From Octopus vulgaris (lineage: Eukaryota): a DNA stretch of 64,000 nucleotides. The stretch covers positions 3,162,001-3,226,000 of the forward strand of contig OX597828.1 in assembly GCA_951406725.2 (NCBI GenBank). Reading direction: 5' to 3'. Shown one piece after another: positions 39,101 through 52,794 of the stretch. Each line of letters opens with the position of its first letter. Position 1 is the first letter of the stretch. A program made the position numbers and the translations under genes. The notes beneath the pieces are model-generated. The model saw nothing but the letters and a program-made list of their open reading frames with translations, searched no databases and had not been told where the DNA came from.

Positions 39101-39400
39101 GATTGTGGTGGTGAACTTGGAGGGCTCGAGGTGGGGAATTTCCCGTTCAAGTGACCATCCATGTGCCAGTTGATGACTTTTCGATCCCAGGCTGGCTCTT
39201 CCCTGGGGGACGCGCTTCCAGATTAACCATAGGACAAGCGATTTGGTATACTGATTTAGTTTTCCTTTTAGTTTCCAAAAACATTTTGGTGCTACGATAA
39301 TGTTATCATTTTTGAGCTTTGATTGGCTCGTGGGGAGACGGCCATCATTGCCGTTACAATTATCATCGTACCATTATAGCAGCCGTAGTCGGCTTGTTAT
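36121..39400 (-). mobile_element. R4/Dong-clade non-LTR retrotransposon, frameshifted, lacking the CCHC/REL endonuclease region
   Basis: N-terminal KWTREEYKEVIYAYYYA and KLANVRRDILRNNRL; RT NYRPITCLST, AWIDYKKAFDSIPH, GIFQGDSLSP, HLFYMDDLKLY; RLYLPR; KPLHGKY; (TAA)n on both sides. Confidence 0.92.
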
Positions 39401-39459
39401 TGTTATTATCATCACCATTATTATCACTATTATCATTATCACCACTATTACTATCATCA

Positions 39460-39508
<49 letters not shown>

Positions 39509-39583
39509 TGTTTTTTTCTTTTGCCAGGTTAGAAATAGCTTTTATTAATATCCTATTGAAAGTAGCTTCCACAGGGAAATAGC

Positions 39584-39631
<48 letters not shown>

Positions 39632-39872
39632 TGCATGTGTGTGTGCGTGCGTTCAATTATTTTCAATAGGGAAGAATTTATACAGTGGCCTCTTCTCAGT
39701 GTGCTTTCTCTGAGACCAGAAATTCAAGGGGGAAATGGTATCTTTGCAAAATGAAATACTTCGATCACAAATTGGTTACAACTGAAGAATTGAGATGCTT
39801 GGTGACAGCAAACAAAAGCTGTATCTCTATATATGGACAAAGATACACACACAAGTTTGTGTGTGAGACAAC

Positions 39873-39976
<104 letters not shown>

Positions 39977-40107
39977 GAATAGAGAAAGAGGGTGAGACAG
40001 AAAGATTAAGAGACGTGTGTGTTTGGTACATTCTCTCTCTCTGTTTATCTGTCTATCTATCTCTGAGCTGGCCAAAGCCTTGCGAATGGACTTGGTAGAC
40101 AGAAAGC

Positions 40108-40192
<85 letters not shown>

Positions 40193-40919
40193 CATCATTA
40201 TTATTATTATTATTACTATTATTATTATTATTATTATTATTATGGTAGAGCAGCACAGTATATTCACTGGGTAATTTGCAAAGACTTGGACCTATCCCAT
40301 GATAAAAACTAGTGGGGACACAAACTACCTCCAGTACTTGAAAATGATCGCACCTTACTCCCTCCTCTGAACTTTATTGCTCCAGTCATCCGCATCATAC
40401 AATTCGGTCAAATCCGAAATCCCATTTTTGAGGATAAAACGGATTTGTGCTGATATAGGGGATTAATGGAAATATGCAAATGCTTTTGTACACCATTATG
40501 TCAAACGCCATTACAGTGAATATCAATTAAAGAAAATAGCAAATAACATCGCTAAGATTAGCAAAGAAAGTCAAACTTTCACGCATAATTTTAGCAAGCA
40601 AAATACAATATGTAACAGAGTTCCTTTAGTGGCACCGAAATTTCGCTGGCATTGTAAAAGTGTGACATGAAAATTAGCAGCATGTTGCGGAAAAATATCC
40701 TCTTTTCAAACAAATTTTTCCGCAGCTGCCTATTGTAGCCTTTAGACGGAATAAGGAATAAAAATATAAGACAACTATTAATTTCTACGCCTGACTCTTA
40801 GAAAACATTGGAGTACCTTGGAAAACAGCCGCAAGAGAGGTAAGCCCTGTTCATTATACTACAACATGAGTCAAGTGAATTCCATCAGGAATCATAACAG
40901 AAATGTTATGACCTACACG

Positions 40920-41185
40920 GAAGGTGGGATATGTAGAGATCCCGTTTTGGTGTAGTACCAAAGATGAACTGAAGGCAAGGATTATGGCAGCATTCACCAA
41001 CTTAAACAAAGAGACCGTCCAGATAGTTGCAGGAGAAGCCAATGGCGATTTTTTAGAAATAAATCTACACTTTAGTATTTCAAGATTTTTTAATGTAATT
41101 TTGGTAAATATATGTTAAAATGTGATGTCAGTCTTATTTTCATTTATGCGTAATTTAGATGACAGTTTATTCACTGCTCACTATA
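40920..41185 (+). mobile_element. Tc1/mariner-family 3' fragment
   Basis: GYVE...TKDELKARIMAAFTNLNKETVQ...EANGDFLE followed by a short terminal region ending at TA. Confidence 0.6.
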
Positions 41186-41256
41186 TATATAAAATGCATG
41201 TGGACTGTCGGCGATTTTTTTTTCCTCCTTTTTCATTTGGACTTTCCTATGTCTCC

Positions 41257-41293
41257 TGTTTCTGAAGAAGAGCTTTGCTTGAAACGTAAAACA
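41257..41293 (+). ncRNA. Minimal type-I hammerhead ribozyme (PLE-type)
   Basis: tgttt-CTGAAGA-a-GAGC(ttt)GCTT-GAA-ACGT-A|aaaca. Confidence 0.7.
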
Positions 41294-41303
41294 AACTACT
41301 TTT

Positions 41304-41370
<67 letters not shown>

Positions 41371-41459
41371 CTGAGCGTCTCATTAATACTGTGCATGTAC
41401 CACGTCCTCTCGTTGTTGTTTTTTCTTGTCTTTTTCTCCATTTATTATTATTATTGAGC

Positions 41460-42006
41460 GAGAGAGCAGTACATGCCATCAAAGTGACACTGGGGTAAAA
41501 TATACGAAGCCCAGTATACCCATCATGACTACCCGTCTGATAAGGGTACACTAGGCACATGCATCACAACCATGTGTGCGTGACATGGTGATCTCATATA
41601 AAGATAAACAGCGCATGACCTTGCAGGTGGGGCCCAGTTAGAATTTTCTTCTGGTTGAGTAACCAATCCCTCTCAAAGGGTCCCTGAATGAGGGCTGTTT
41701 AAGGATGGTGAACGAAACACCCATGTTTCCAGAGGTGAATTATTCAAACGCCAAAGAATCCCTCTTAACACATGGCTATGATGTTCCCCCATTACTTCTG
41801 CTCGTGATCAGAGATGCACATATCGTCAGCCACTAAGGGACATGCTCAACTGGTTAAGGTCAAACAACTGACAAGCACATCTGTGGTATTGAGCAGAATA
41901 TTTGCTGTAGCCCATCTTTTATACCAAGACAAAACAATGTACATGATAACACTTCCAATTAGTTAAGATCAGAAGCCATGAGAGGCCACTGCCTGGTACT
42001 GCATCA
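41460..42006 (-). repeat. Unclassified ~550-bp interspersed repeat between (TTA)n tracts
   Basis: Matches 24025-24347, and its end matches 23331-23393 in reverse. Confidence 0.85.
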
Positions 42007-42012
42007 GGGCTC

Positions 42013-42124
<112 letters not shown>

Positions 42125-42187
42125 GTGTGTGTGTGTATGCATGTGTATATGTATATGTATATGCATATGTATATGTATATGCATGTG

Positions 42188-42222
<35 letters not shown>

Positions 42223-43030
42223 GTGTATGTGTGCGCGCGCGTGCGTGTTAGTGTGTGTTTGTGTGCATGTGTGTTTGTGTGTGCGTGCGTGTGAGTGTGT
42301 TTTTGCTCCCCACTACCGCTTCTGTGTTTACATCCTCTGAGACTTAACGGTTCGACAAAAGATTCGCTAGATTAATATAGGCTTGAAAAATGTACTTGGG
42401 TCGACTCGTTCAACTAAAATTCTTCAAGGCGGAGCCCCAGTATGGCCACAGTGTAATATCTGAAACAAATACAAGAAAAGATAAAAGATACACACACACA
42501 CAAACACTACGCGCGCACGCACTCACACGTATATCTTGAAAATTCGAGAGCCCTAGTTTTACATTTGGTAGGAGTTTACCGTGATCCCTATAAAGAGGTA
42601 GAAACATAAAGGGGCCGGAAACATCCTGTCAATCAGAAGACGATGGATGCTATGAAGATCTAGAAATGCTTATGAAGTCTTTGGGAACTTTGACTGCCCC
42701 ATACAAACTGCAGGAAAGCCATGCGAATGTAGATCCTACAACCGCCCCCGCCCACGAAATGGAAAATAACCCCAAAGAAATGACAAAGCTAGAAAAGCTT
42801 CTTATCCAATGCAATATCTCCACACACATATTTATTACATTAACACACGCACATGCAACTGGTTTTCACTTAGTTTCTTTATCTTTTATTGTTTACTTGA
42901 AGGGTTTTAATCGGACAAATCGACCTCAGGACTTTTTTTTTTAAAGCTTGGTACTTAGTCTATCACCGGTTATCAAGCGGTGACGGGGGACAAACACATA
43001 CACAAAGAAACGCACACGCTCACACACTCA

Positions 43031-43108
<78 letters not shown>

Positions 43109-43606
43109 AGTTATTCTTTATGTGTAAAGTAAAAGCCAGTGATGAATTCTTGTGACGTTTGTAGCTTCTCAACGAGTCTATGCTGATGAACAAACGAAGA
43201 AGCTTCGACGTAGTCGTTCAATTTGCCAGAAAAAGCTGTTAAATTTCACTCAAATTACAGGCGACATCCGAAGAAGAGAAATGACATATTCAATAATGGA
43301 GTCCTAGATATGCAACAGCCAAAAAACAACAACACAAAACAGTATGATAAAGATTGGAATGCCTTTGAGAACGGCTCTGCTCGTTCAGCGATGGCCTAGA
43401 GGTAAACAACAGCAACAACATCGAAACCATAAATTCACAAGCAGGGTTTCCTGTCATCGTATTTGAGAGTGAAAATTTCTCCAAATGGAAACTGAAACCG
43501 GATCGTGAAGCTTATCTTTAGGGCCTGCAGCCATTATAGTATGTTGCATCTGCTGCAGTTACAGCTAATAACAATAATAATAACAATAATAATAATAATA
43601 ATGATA

Positions 43607-43655
<49 letters not shown>

Positions 43656-44332
43656 CTTAATAATATTAATGATAATAATTCTTTCATGATAAGATTATAA
43701 AGGGATATAGAATGTTTCTATGAGTGATGTTCATTTCTCTCTTTATCCTACAATACACCTAAAGTATAAAAAAAGAAACCCCAAAGAAACTCACTCCACA
43801 ACCTCACCCGAAACAAAATAACCTCAAAAATAACAAGAAGAGAAAAAAAAATGCCAGGGAACCATCCAACCATCCAAGTAGCCAACCAGATATTTCTGAG
43901 TGGCCTTTTGTGAAGAATATATAATTGATAAATTTCTATAGAAAACTGTCTGTAAATGATTGAAGTTCAGTGAAGACGTGATTCAAAATATAATCGCGAC
44001 TTGTTCAGCCTTTTATCTTTTCTTCGGAACCGAGAAGATTAAATTCCTTGAAAAGCTCAACAGAAATCTACTCAAAAGATTACATGTATGTATGTATGTA
44101 TGCATGTATGTATGTATGTATGTATGTATGTATGTATGTATGTATGTATGTATGTATGTATGTATGTATGTATGTATGTATGTATGTATGTATGTATGTA
44201 TGTATGTATGCCAATAAATCATATACGTGTAATATATACATATATATATATGTGTGTGTGTGTATGTATGTTTACATTTACATATGTTTACGCTTATATA
44301 TATGTATGTATAAATAGAAATATATATGTATA

Positions 44333-44370
<38 letters not shown>

Positions 44371-45016
44371 CGCATACAAATATACATACACTTATACACA
44401 AACATGCATACACATATATTATCTATAATATCTCATATTTTATAAAGAGAAACTTCGTTTACGGTGGCAGCTGACACATAGTCGGATTCTCGGCGTCCAT
44501 AACCTTCAGGAAAATTCCTGAATAACGAATTAGTCACCATATCAGTGAGCATACTACATAAACTTCGTTGCTTAGATATACTAAGGATCTCGATTATCCA
44601 GACATAAATCTAGATGTTTCCTAACTATAGAATGCATAGTCTAATTAAAAATACACATACATGTGTGTGTAAGGATCCAGCATGTGTTAATGGTGCTATA
44701 GATAAGAATTATATTCAGCGCAACAAACAATAAAATAGATATAATTGCCTAAACGCACATAATGTGACTGAAGATGATGGCTCGGCAAAATCACCAGAGC
44801 GTTGGTGAAAATGCTTTTCGGTGGTTCGAATCATTCTGAATTCAAATCAAGCAGAAGTCAACTTTTCGGTCTCATCGAGGTTAGTAAAATAGTGTACTAG
44901 TCACGTACTCGGGTTAGTTTATTTTATAACATTCGAATAAAATTATTAGAAAGGAGTTACTTATCGGCGCTAATTCTTATCTGAAGTGATCCACGTTATA
45001 TAACTTCACTATAGAG

Positions 45017-46244
45017 AGCTGGTCCTTAAACCTTATTGGAGGTGCTGAACCCCGCAAGCTTCATCAGTACATTCACCGAACTCTTCGTAATTGGAAAAAT
45101 AAAATATGATTTCTTCAAAACATAGATATATATTTTATTAGTGCACAAAATGAACCATGCATCAGTTGCACATAAAGTCACTGTATTCAAAGAATAAAAT
45201 TAACAAAACAGGAATTTCACACAAAAACATAACTCAATGAATATTTACTGCAAATAAATGAGACTTTTGATGTTGCTTTTCATATACAAGTTCAGAAATG
45301 CGTGACCTCACCTTGGCAAATGCCACTCTCATATCACTTTCGCATCAAAGTCTGTTCCAATGGTGTGTGACTTGTCCTGCTTTACGATTAGGTACGCAAC
45401 TTTTTACGATGCTGTGAGCATCGGTTTGTCGATGGGTACAAAAGCGAGAACAGGCAGAGTAGTCTTTCCATTGAATCTGGCTCTCTTCCCCTTGAATTCA
45501 GCGAGCGTTGTGTTCTTGTATTTCCCATCGCCATGCAGCTTTAGGAAGTGTTCCTTTAGTTTTGCCAGTGCTAGACTAGAATTGCCCAACTTGGCATTGC
45601 AAGTCATGCATTGAGGATGCTGACTCCCATCACGTTCCTTTGTACAAATGAATCCATATTGTACGTATTTGTTCAGCCACTTTCTTTTTTTGATCGACAT
45701 AGTATGAAAGGTATGACAGATTAAACGAAAAATCACAAATGACGTACAATCACAACCGCCACAAGTCGATTACTGAGCGCACCAAATTTCCTGCAGCACA
45801 GACATCAAAGCAAGCGATGTGGTGTGATCAGCTGCAGCCAATGAAGGCCAAGCGGAGCGTGACGTCATGAATAATACGAGTGGGCTGAACGGAACGGACA
45901 CACACATAAGCCTGGGCCAATTTCTGCTTTGTTCAAAGCATTTAAAAAATTTTAAACTTATTCATAAATTAATTTTTAAAAAATTAAAATTTATATTGTT
46001 ATTTATCTTTTAATAAACTAGTTTATCATGGAAACTTATTTTGTGTAACACATTTTTAATTAACAACTGAATATTTGGAATCTAACACGGCGGAGAAAAA
46101 TTGTTTTTTTGATGGCCGGCAAAAACGGCTCGACATTGCTAGTGTGAACCGGGCTATACTGTGTGTGTCTTGACTCCTGCCGAACCCCTGAGACTGATTC
46201 AACGAACCCATGGGGTTCGATCAAACCCAGGTTAAGAACCGCTG
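45017..46244 (-). mobile_element. Internally deleted hAT (Buster/Charlie) transposon
   Basis: 8-bp TSD ctatagag/ctatagaa (nnnTAnnn); end CAGCGGTTCTTAACC; BED finger KKRKW...YGF...PQCMTCN...KLKEHFLKLH joined to C-terminal SDMRVAFAK...KQHQKSH. Confidence 0.9.
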
Positions 46245-47646
46245 CTATAGAAAATCAAAAAATTCTATATCAGTCGCCTACAAATAAACTTATTTAAACT
46301 GTATACTACGATAAATGTCTTATTTTTTGGGGAAAATTTCTGCAAATTGAAACGGTTCTTGCGGTAATAGGCATCGTGGAGCAGAGTTCTCGATGGATTA
46401 GGTTGACAAGGGTGGGTATTCTAAGGTGAATCGACTCTATGATAATGCATATGAATTCGTAGTTTTCTGAGAATCATTTCAACTCGAACTTGGGTGAGTT
46501 ACGTACGATACGATTGTTTTAACTTCTTTCTTACAAATACAGTGTTATGTCAATGTCGAAAATATTTAATAATACCTTAATTCATTCGACATTGAGTTTC
46601 AAAAACCCATCAAACTGCTTAAGTCAGCAAGCCGCTATCGAATTATATATTCTATAGCCAGGTGGGGAAAACACAATTTATATTTACTTTGTTCATCAAC
46701 TTGACTTTAACTCATGATCCTTCAGTAGTGAGGACGATGTTATCATTGTCACACATTATTAACAACAATAAAGCAGCAAGTGTCGGTTCTCTTTATACGC
46801 ATCTGTACATGTACGTCTGTATATGAGTGTACATACATGTGTGTGTGTACAGGCGAGATTGTTTGAGGGATGGAGGCAGTCATATTCTTAGTTTCTACTT
46901 AATTATTCCGTTTCATGAGCAAATTATCCTCGATAGTTTTTAGGATATTACATTTTGTTTTTGTTGGTTTTAATTTCCCTTGGGCAGTCTATTTTTTTTA
47001 TAACATCTAACACATAATTTCTAAGTGAGAGAAACTTGTGTCCAAATTATGTTAGAAATGTATATAAAGAAAAAGCGAGGCGTGGGAGAGTGAAGAAAGG
47101 GGTGATAAGTAGGAGAGAAAAAAGGTGGAGAAAGAGAAAGAGAGAGAGAGAGAAAAAGAGAGAAAGTGAGTGAGAGAGAGAGGGAAGGAGAGAGAAAGAG
47201 GGAGAGAGGATTTAGAAAATGCGTAAAACAATAATTTTCCAAAATTAATTGGTGAAGTCAAAGAAGAGAAGTGAATATAAAAAGCAGAGTGTGTGTAAGA
47301 GAAAAAGGAGGGAAAGTGTGTTTCTCTATATGTTTGTATGTATGCAAGTATATAATATATGTGTGTATGTATGCATGTGTGTGTGTATGTATATATATCT
47401 ATAATAATGCAGTATCTATATGGATTTACCGACGTGAAGATAGACTGAGGTTAGTAAATCAAACTAACTGGAGCTTTTTATACACTCTCTGAGGTTAGCC
47501 AGCTTTAACAACCGGTAAAAGCGACTACGGTACCCACTTGGATTCTATATCTCTACGAGCCTACCAAACTAACAACCAAAATTTGGAAATATATATATGT
47601 GTGTGTGTGTGGTATGTGTGAGTGTGTGTGTGTGTGCGTGTGTGAA

Positions 47647-47870
47647 GGCGCGCGAGATCGTGGGTGGGTTCGATTCCCAGACCGGGCGTTGCGTTGTGTT
47701 CTTTAGCAAAGCACTTCATTTCATGTTGCTCTGCGATCATTTCGTCATCTGACATGCGGCACACTGTGCCCCTGTGCGGGTAATGTCGATTTGATGGAGG
47801 AATTGAACTTACATGTTTACAAACATTTGACTACTATAAAAAAATCATCTGTGTGGTTGTTCAGCAAGAA
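47647..47870 (+). mobile_element. tRNA-derived SINE serving as Tx1 target
   Basis: gggttcgattccc B box; gttctttagcaaagcacttcatttc; ends at gttcagcaagaa. Confidence 0.7.
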
Positions 47871-49924
47871 ATTTAATTCCTTATTAGCCATTAGGGCCTG
47901 ATATAGAGGGACGATACAAGACAGACAAGGTGGGGGTTGTACATAAAAATTGTGTACACAGTTTTAACAAAGGTAAACGGCTAAAAATTGCAAGTGTAAA
48001 CATATAAAACAACAGTGGTACCGAAAAGGGGGAGGGAGTATTCTGGGTTGGTCATGGAAACCCCACAAGCGACAAGACAACCTTATCGCTAGGGCAGAAG
48101 CCTAGAAGTTTAAGCCCAAATTAGATATGTTCATTCAAACCATTCGTACAACTTTTACCCATTTTTGCACGTCCAGATCCAGCGACCTGAGGTCGTTAAG
48201 GAAGCGTCCTTGCTTCCAAAACGATCCCAGGCCACGCACATTTAAGCGGCCTAACTTGAGCAAAACCCCCAAAAGTGAATCACTGCTTACTTTTTGGGCT
48301 GCTGGGTGAGAGATTTTTCTCACTTTTCTGGGTGGCTGTTGGAGTTTCCACAACCAGATTTTTGTTCTTTGGAGCTTACCCACCGCATTAGGGCAGTTTT
48401 CTTTTAAGTCACTGAAAGTTGTATTAGATACTCTGAGTATTTGTACGTGAGGTGGAGCGTTAGGTGGAGTGCACAGAAAATCTTCTGGTGCGGTGTTGGT
48501 ATTTTGATGTATTTTCTTAGGAGTTCATTGTTTGCGTTGATTGCAGTGAGATTTTCTATTGTTTTCGACGGTGGTTTTTGTATGGTGTGTGGTGCTGGTA
48601 GTGGTATTAGTGGTGTTGGTAATGTCAGCGATGCAGTTGGTGGTCGTGTGTCTGTGTTGTGGAGAGGAGCTGGGATGGTATCCTTTTTTACGTTTTTTCC
48701 TTTCGGAGATTCCCCTCCACACTTTGATTCTATGGCCGTTTCTGGGTCAGTCTCGAGAAGGGGAAGATCAAGTGGTTCTTGTTTGTCGATGTGGTTTCTC
48801 CCTTTTGTGCTGCTGCTGTCCGTTCTGTAGTGTTCTTAGTGTTGCTTTTTCGGGTATCCTTAGCTGCTGCTGCAAATGGCGTCCCTTCCATTGTGGGTGC
48901 AGCTGCTGCTACTTCTACTGTTGCTGCTTCTGGGGAGCTTCCTTGCCCTCAATGAAACTGTTGATGTTTTCTCTGCACACTGTGCAGTCGTTGCTGCTTT
49001 GGATGGTGGTAGGGTTAATTTTGATGCAGCCTGTGTTTGCTGCTGTAGGTGCTGTTGTGGAGTCTCCTTTGCTGGAGGGGTTCGCTTCACGTTTGTTCTC
49101 GGTTGGCAAAGGACGTCAACCTCAGGGGGCTCCTCCCCAATCTTTATTTTTGATACTCGCCGTCCGAGGTATGTTAGCAGGAGCAATAGTTCGTCTGTTT
49201 TTAGGGGCATTTTGACCTGTAGTTTGGCTTCGTCTTCCTAATCGAACTTTGCTTCCACGGTGCCATATCTTTTCCCTCTAGCCACGTATTTAATTTTATT
49301 CCAGATGAGCTGAAAACACTTTTCCATAAATTCCTTTGGTGTATGGTAAATTTTTTGTCTTTTTGTGATAGGGTTTTATAAATTACAGTTCGTCGTAAGA
49401 TGCGCTGTGAGATTTCACTAGGTGGCGTTAAAGAGACATTTCTGTCGTTTTTCTGAATTAGGTTTTTGAACATTTTCAAATCTTCAACATTTATTTTTAG
49501 ATGTTCTTGTACTTTAGCTACAGTTGCGAAACCACAACTGTTAGGTTTAATAACTTTTTCTTCGAGATTTACAGTTGTTTTCCTGGTTGTGGTAGCGTTG
49601 GAAAATGTCTGTGTGCTTTCAACTGCAAAAAGGAGGTTCCCCACCTCCTTTTTGTAATGCGGAAGAGGAGGAAAGATTACTTCGTAAATTTCAGTCTGGG
49701 GGGCCGTAGCCCGCTTCATGACTGGAGGCCGTATTTGAAAAAAGTAGACATATATGTACCAAGACAATACGTTATGAAATTAAAATTCGCCACATAAAAG
49801 GAGAATTTTTTTAGTCAAGAAACTTTCCCCGCCAAGCAGGTCCAGTCCAAATGTTCAAAATAATATTATACTCGTTTGTGTAACAAAAAACCAGCAAAAC
49901 TTACGAGTGCATGAAAACACGTCC
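47871..49924 (-). mobile_element. Tx1-like element A: 5' UTR, disrupted ORF1, ORF2 almost wholly deleted, 3' UTR
   Basis: 5' ggacgtgtttt; ORF1 LTYLGRRVSKIKIG; ORF2 start LNVRGLG..KQGRFLNDLRSLDLDV fused to the terminal KWVKVVRMV; flanked by gttcagcaagaa / gtttggtaagaa. Confidence 0.8.
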
Positions 49925-49936
49925 GTTTGGTAAGAA

Positions 49937-52140
49937 ATTCAATTCTTTATTTGCCACTACAGGCTTTACATAAAGGGACAAAACAGAGCAGGCAATAGCA
50001 AATAGGGATCTACAACAGGGTGGAATGGATGGATTCAAGAACAACGTGAAAAGAATTAACAAAATAAAAATTGACATGATGAACTAATGAAACTAATAGG
50101 CACAGGAGTGGCTGTGTGGTAAGTAGCTTGCTAACCAACCACATGGTTCCGGGTTCAGTCCCACTGTGTGGCATCTTGGGCAAGTGTCTTCTGCTATAGC
50201 CCGGGCCAACCAATGCCTTGTGAGTGGATTTGGTAGACGGAAACTGAAAGAAGCCTGTAGTATATATGTATATATGTGTGTTTGTGTGTGTGTGTTTGTC
50301 CCCCTAGCATTGCTTGACAACCGATGCTAGTGTGTTTACGTCCCCGTCACCTAGCTGTTCGGCAAAAGAGACCGATAGAATAAGTACTGGGCTTACAAAG
50401 AACAAGTCCTGGTGTCGATTTGCTCGACTAAAGGCGGTGCTCCAGCATGGCCGCAGTCAAATGACTGAAACAAGTAAGTAAAAGAGAGAGACAACAAGAT
50501 GAAATGTTGGGCATGGAGAGTCCACAAGCCACGACACAATACTGCTCTCACACAGGAGACTAAGGTGGTGCGTTCAAATGTGTCACCTTCATACACAACG
50601 ATCGCGCCACTTGCATCCATCTGGTCCTGAACACACGCGGCCGTAGCAATTCTCTCTCTCTCTCATTTTTCGTTTGAGGTGGTATATGAAATAGTTTATT
50701 AAATCGTAGCCATCGAGAAAGTTGTTCGTCATTATTCCTTTCACTCTCGTCAACCACACTATCCCTTTCGGTATAGCTACCAAATAGAGAAAACTTGCCT
50801 GCCTTTCCCAGCTAAGGGAAGGAGATGGAGTAATCTTAATGATTGACAACTGTACTCCTCCCAGACGCGACAGTAGGTGTTCTGCGTAAATCCAAAGATC
50901 CGAAATCAATGGACACTGTACGATGGCGTGCAGAACAGTTTCGTTGTCCTGCTTGCATCTCAGACATGTCCGTGTGTTTGCACATTTGCACCTAAAGAGT
51001 TTATCGCAAACAGGCAGAGCTCCCCGGTAGCACTGCCAGGCCAGGTATTTCTGGTAGTTATTCATGGGTCCCAGCCCGAAAGTCCTTCGGAACAGACAAG
51101 TAACTTCACTGTAATCGAAACCCAAGGTTTCTCCCAGAATATCATCCCACTTACCAGCCCCTAACCCTCTATAAAATGACGAGGTGGAACCCTCACCGAT
51201 CGCATTGTCCGTACAGCAGAGAAGCGAGAGAGCTAGACTGCATTCTACTTGCCAAGCACCCTACCTAGGTCTACGTTTGGTCCACGGGTTCAGTTTGCTA
51301 AAGGAGTTGAACTGTGGGAAGACGAGTTTCACGAAGGGTGACCACACCTGTTCACCGTCTAGGTAGAACTGGAGATGACTCAGCCTTAGCGCATATCTGT
51401 GCATTTTCAGCCAAGGCATGCCCAGTCCTCCATTTAGCGGTAGTTGACAGCAAATAGAGCATCTGACCGGTGGACCCCTGTCTCTCCACATGAAGCGGAA
51501 AAATAGGCGATCCAGCTTGATCAGACACAAACCAAGGAAATGCACGACGATTAGGCGGTAAATAATGACGGAAGCGGTGAACACATTCGTCAATTCCGCC
51601 CTCCCTTTCAGGGACAGCTTCCTCTCAGCCACCTGCTCGTAACCTCACTCCAGTTACTATCTATTTGGAGGTCCAGACCCCGAGCAATTTCACTGGGCCA
51701 TCCGTCCAACGTCCAATGACGTTGTTCGGTTGAATCGACCTGCCTCTAAAGGTGCCGAACTACGGGCCAAACGACTTACACGGTTTATTTTTGCCCCTGA
51801 TACCGCTTCGTACTCTCTAATGGCATCGCCTACTAGATGCAGGTGTCTATTACAGGATACGATGACGGTGATAACGTCCGCATATACTGATACTGTCCCC
51901 CTGCACCTCAGATCACGCAGGACGCCACTCTGCAGTAATGGCTCAAGTGCCAGAACATACAGGAGGGAGGATAGGGGGCATCCTTGGCGGACCAAATGCA
52001 CGCTACTGAACGGCTCTGAAAGATGACCGTTCATCCGAACTACCGATTGAATGTTTCCATATAAGGTGGTGATCCAACCGCGGAAGTCTGGGCCAAACCA
52101 GATAGCGATGGCCAACCCTATCGAACGCTTTTGGCTGATC
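49937..52140 (-). mobile_element. Tx1-like element B: 5'-truncated RT and C-terminal zinc finger, 3' UTR interrupted by a SINE
   Basis: VRQGCPLS, VYADV, GAKIN, LSLKGRA, GGLGMP, CLRC...ETVLHAIVQCP, RWMQVAR. Confidence 0.88.
50099..50490 (+). mobile_element. Full-length tRNA-derived SINE
   Basis: ggcacaggagtggctgtgtggtaag...gggttcagtccc...cttgggcaagt...tccagcatggccgcagtcaaatgactgaaacaag. Confidence 0.92.
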
Positions 52141-52143
52141 TAA

Positions 52144-52640
52144 ATGTATCAGTACCCCTCCCATGGAGAGGGAAGCGTAATGGTTCGGCGCTGCATGTCG
52201 TCTTCAGGCCCAGGAATGTTGTTCATTTGTGAGGGAAGAATGAATTCCAACACTTACACCAAAATGTTAGATCATGTTTATCAACCTTCCTTAGCTAAAG
52301 TGTTCAACGATAACCTCCCAGACAGCGTAATCTTACACCAAGACAATGCTCCATGCCACACATTCAGGGTTGGTTTGAGGAGAAAAGGATGAGGGTGAAA
52401 TGGACCCACCTCAGTTTCCAGACCTCAATCCCATTGAACATATGTGGTGATACAAAGGTACAAGAGTACTGTAAAATTGGCATAGCAGGTGGAGTACAAA
52501 ACGTTTCGGACAATGTCTTTTTCAGGGTAAAAATAAAAAACGGCTGGAGGGAAGTAAAACACTGTAGACTTTTACATCCTCTCTATTTTCAGAAACTACC
52601 ATCTTTATCTTGATGAAAGACTTTCCAAAACACTGCACAT
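52144..52640 (+). pseudogene. Tc1-like DDE transposase fragment
   Basis: HGEGSVMV, GRMNSNTY, HQDNAPCH, PDLNPIEHMW. Confidence 0.88.
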
Positions 52641-52794
52641 CTCATTCCCCACTTTAATTTTGCCCTACGTTTCTGGCACTTTTTCAAAGTAATAAGTTTT
52701 GACGTTGACTATCACTATCTTCATTGGATTCAGTTTTATGTGATCTCCCTCTCTCTCTCTCTCTCTCTCTCTCCCACACACACACACATTATAT

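Noticed and set aside
39300-39400. HDV-like ribozyme at the R4/Dong 5' end
   Set aside because: A P3-like cgt(ctcccc)acg is present, but P1.1, P2 and J4/2 could not be assembled by eye; needs a descriptor search
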